Part shown: in pieces, positions 34,280 through 36,069 of the stretch
Layout of the letters: each line of letters starts with the position of its first letter
How positions within the stretch are numbered: position 1 is the stretch's first letter
Virus record (IMG/VR): IMGVR_UViG_3300020044_009807
Coordinates: 1 to 36,069 of that record
Length of the DNA: 36,069 nt
Source of the DNA: a virus
Lineage: Duplodnaviria; Caudoviricetes
Reading direction: 5' to 3' (one strand)
Made by a program: the position numbers and the translations under genes
The notes under the pieces: generated by a model
What the model was told of the DNA's origin: nothing
The model's input: the letters and a program-made list of their open reading frames with translations, nothing else
Databases searched by the model: none

Positions 34280-34361
34280 TATGTTAAAACAAAAAGATTA
34301 TGATTCCAAAAAAACTGACGAAAATCAGGAAAATATTTTTTGAAAAATAAACTGTCAAAAG

Positions 34362-34416
34362 TTTGCAGTTATTGAAATAATGTCTACTTTTGTAAAAATT
34401 AAAACACTAAAAAATT
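34362..34416 (+). promoter_or_regulatory. Probable early promoter and leader, copy 1
   Basis: TTTG-N19-TACTTTTG, then TAAAAATTAAAACACTAAAAAATT-ATG. Confidence 0.8.
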
Positions 34417-34626
34417 ATGTTTTCAGTAAAATTTCAAAACGGCCAATTCTTAGGAATGTCCATGTCAAAAGGTTTCATTTTTGCCATTAATGAAAATTTC
34501 AGGTATACTTTCGACTCAATCGCTCAAATTGAGAAAACCAAAAAATACTTTTGCGATTGTGTCGGCCAAAGTTCTTTTACAATTGTTGACAAACAATTGA
34601 ATGAAATTCAAACAATATCTCTTTAA
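34417..34626 (+). CDS. Early-region hypothetical protein
   Basis: 69-aa ORF behind the repeated promoter/leader. Confidence 0.7.
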   Translation: MFSVKFQNGQFLGMSMSKGFIFAINENFRYTFDSIAQIEKTKKYFCDCVGQSSFTIVDKQLNEIQTISL

Positions 34627-34646
34627 TCCTTTAAACACTAAAAAAA

Positions 34647-34829
34647 ATGAAAAAATTGATCTTTGAAATTCTGGCTTTTGCCTTTTGTCTTTGGCTTTTG
34701 CGCCTTGTTTATATTGAGGGCATGACCACTGAAAATAATTTTGTATTTCCTTTTGCCTTGTTGCTGATGGCATCAGGTACCACTTTTTGCACGATACTTT
34801 TAACTGTTGAAAAATTATTTTCAAAATAA
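34647..34829 (+). CDS. Early-region small two-TM membrane protein
   Basis: Two hydrophobic helices; TTTAAACACTAAAAAAAATG leader. Confidence 0.7.
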   Translation: MKKLIFEILAFAFCLWLLRLVYIEGMTTENNFVFPFALLLMASGTTFCTILLTVEKLFSK

Positions 34830-34884
34830 TTTGCAGTTAATGGAATTACCTATACTTTTGTAAAAATTTAAACACTAAAAAAAA
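34830..34884 (+). promoter_or_regulatory. Probable early promoter and leader, copy 2
   Basis: TTTG-N19-TACTTTTG, then TAAAAATTTAAACACT-A-run-ATG. Confidence 0.8.
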
Positions 34885-35166
34885 ATGGAAACTCAAATTT
34901 CTCTATCTGATTTTTTCGCTGAAAAGGTTAATTTAAACCTAAACCTTTTTTCCTTTTATGCACATGAGGACAAAGAAAAGGTCCTTGAATTAATGAAAAA
35001 AACGGCCGTTCGTGATTTTGAAATAATCTGTCAAAAGACCAAACAAGACATTTTTAAAATGGCATCTAAAATGAATTGGTCTGTTGACGAAGAAATTCAA
35101 TTGCTCATTTTTGACAAAAATATTTTTACATATGTCAAGTGCATGGTTGAAAAAGCCAAAAACTAA
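34885..35166 (+). CDS. Early-region hypothetical protein
   Basis: 93-aa ORF behind the repeated promoter/leader. Confidence 0.7.
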   Translation: METQISLSDFFAEKVNLNLNLFSFYAHEDKEKVLELMKKTAVRDFEIICQKTKQDIFKMASKMNWSVDEEIQLLIFDKNIFTYVKCMVEKAKN

Positions 35167-35204
35167 TTTTCTCAATTTTTCAAAATTTAAACACACACAA
35201 AAAA

Positions 35205-35933
35205 ATGATTACTACAGAAAAAATTCAAGTTGTAAAAAGCCTTCTTTCTGAAGGTTCAACAAATGCCAAAACGGCCAAGAATGAAACTAAGACCTTCATT
35301 CTATACCTTGCACCTTTCAATTTAAACTCCTTTGGTCTTTCAGTTTGTCCTAAAGCTTCAGAAGGATGCATTCAATCTTGTTTGTTCAGTGCGGGCCGTG
35401 GTGCCTTCAGTAATGTATACCAATCAAGGATAAGAAAAACAGATTTTTATTTCTCTGATAAAAAAGGCTTTTGTGAAATGCTTTTTTCTGAATTGGCCCA
35501 ATTGTCAAAAAAGGCCGTAAAAGGAAATTTCAAAATAGCTATTCGATTAAATGGCACAAGTGACCTTGATTTTTTCGCAATTGTGAAAAATCAGATAGGC
35601 AAAGATTTGCTTTCCTTGGATAACTTGGTATATTATGATTATTCCAAACTTATCGGAAAGGTCTTAAAATATCAGGACCAGATAAAGAACGGCCAATATT
35701 TCCTTACCTTTTCAAGGTCCGAAAAGAATTGGACTGATTGCCTTGTTGCCTTGAATATGGGAGTGAATGTGGCCGTGGTATTTGGAAAGGATAAGCCTAC
35801 AACCTTTGAAGGTTTTCAGGTTGTTGACGGCGATTCAAGCGACATAGTAATGATGCAAAACCAAGGCACAATATTAGGACTAAAGGCAAAAGGTAAGGCC
35901 CGAAAAGATAAATCCGGTTTTGTGGTTTGGTAA
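35205..35933 (+). CDS. Gp88-like phage protein
   Basis: ILYLAP, CPKASEGCIQSCL, IRLNGTSD, YDYSK, LTFSRSE, DGD, GLKAKG motifs. Confidence 0.7.
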   Translation: MITTEKIQVVKSLLSEGSTNAKTAKNETKTFILYLAPFNLNSFGLSVCPKASEGCIQSCLFSAGRGAFSNVYQSRIRKTDFYFSDKKGFCEMLFSELAQLSKKAVKGNFKIAIRLNGTSDLDFFAIVKNQIGKDLLSLDNLVYYDYSKLIGKVLKYQDQIKNGQYFLTFSRSEKNWTDCLVALNMGVNVAVVFGKDKPTTFEGFQVVDGDSSDIVMMQNQGTILGLKAKGKARKDKSGFVVW

Positions 35934-35955
35934 GTAGTATTTAATTCGAATTTCT

Positions 35956-35981
35956 AAGGGCCTAAAAAGGGCCCTTTTTTT
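35956..35981 (+). terminator. Intrinsic terminator
   Basis: AAGGGCC / GGCCCTT stem followed by a T-run. Confidence 0.75.
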
Positions 35982-36008
35982 ATGGCCGGCCTTTTGTCGG
36001 CCTTTTTA

Positions 36009-36058
36009 TTTCTGGTCCTTCTCTGGTCTTCTCTGGTCTTCTCTGGTCTTCTCTGGTC
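36009..36058. repeat. 10-bp tandem repeat (TTCTCTGGTC)x4 plus a partial copy
   Basis: Perfect copies at 36019, 36029, 36039, 36049; degenerate copy at 36009. Confidence 0.9.
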
Positions 36059-36069
36059 CTTCCTTGAAT

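Noticed and set aside
1-36069. Stop-codon reassignment as in some Bacteroidota phages
   Set aside because: The standard code gives dense, full-length ORFs, and TAA, TAG and TGA all end genes.

Overview
This window is most of a tailed dsDNA phage genome (siphovirus-like, with a tape-measure gene). The host is very likely a Bacteroidota species, given the many TAnnTTTG (-7) / TTTG (-33) promoters and AT-rich leaders without Shine-Dalgarno sequences. Gene order: terminase small and large subunits, tail chaperone, tape measure, tail/fibre genes, probable tail tube, portal, MuF-like protein, neck genes, GT25 glycosyltransferase, scaffold, major capsid, recombination/replication genes, a minus-strand lysis cassette and an AT-rich early region. 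The structural module is broken up by minus-strand accessory cassettes that carry their own promoters. No integrase, tRNA, rRNA, CRISPR array or reverse transcriptase was recognised. The most notable signals missing from the ORF track are: (1) a structured RNA leader with a loop-bulge pseudoknot and a translationally coupled 31-aa uORF ahead of the replication initiator, which also carries an 11-bp phased iteron array; (2) a -1 frameshift site in the tail chaperone gene followed by about 230 nt of dual coding; (3) a C5 methyltransferase with a nested second-subunit gene and about four tandem TRD-like modules; (4) a DUF4417 gene paired with a 44-aa MGGRG peptide gene; (5) Cys-pair motifs across many virion proteins, including a DnaJ-type zinc finger in the probable portal. 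All product calls come from motif recognition by eye; no database search was run.
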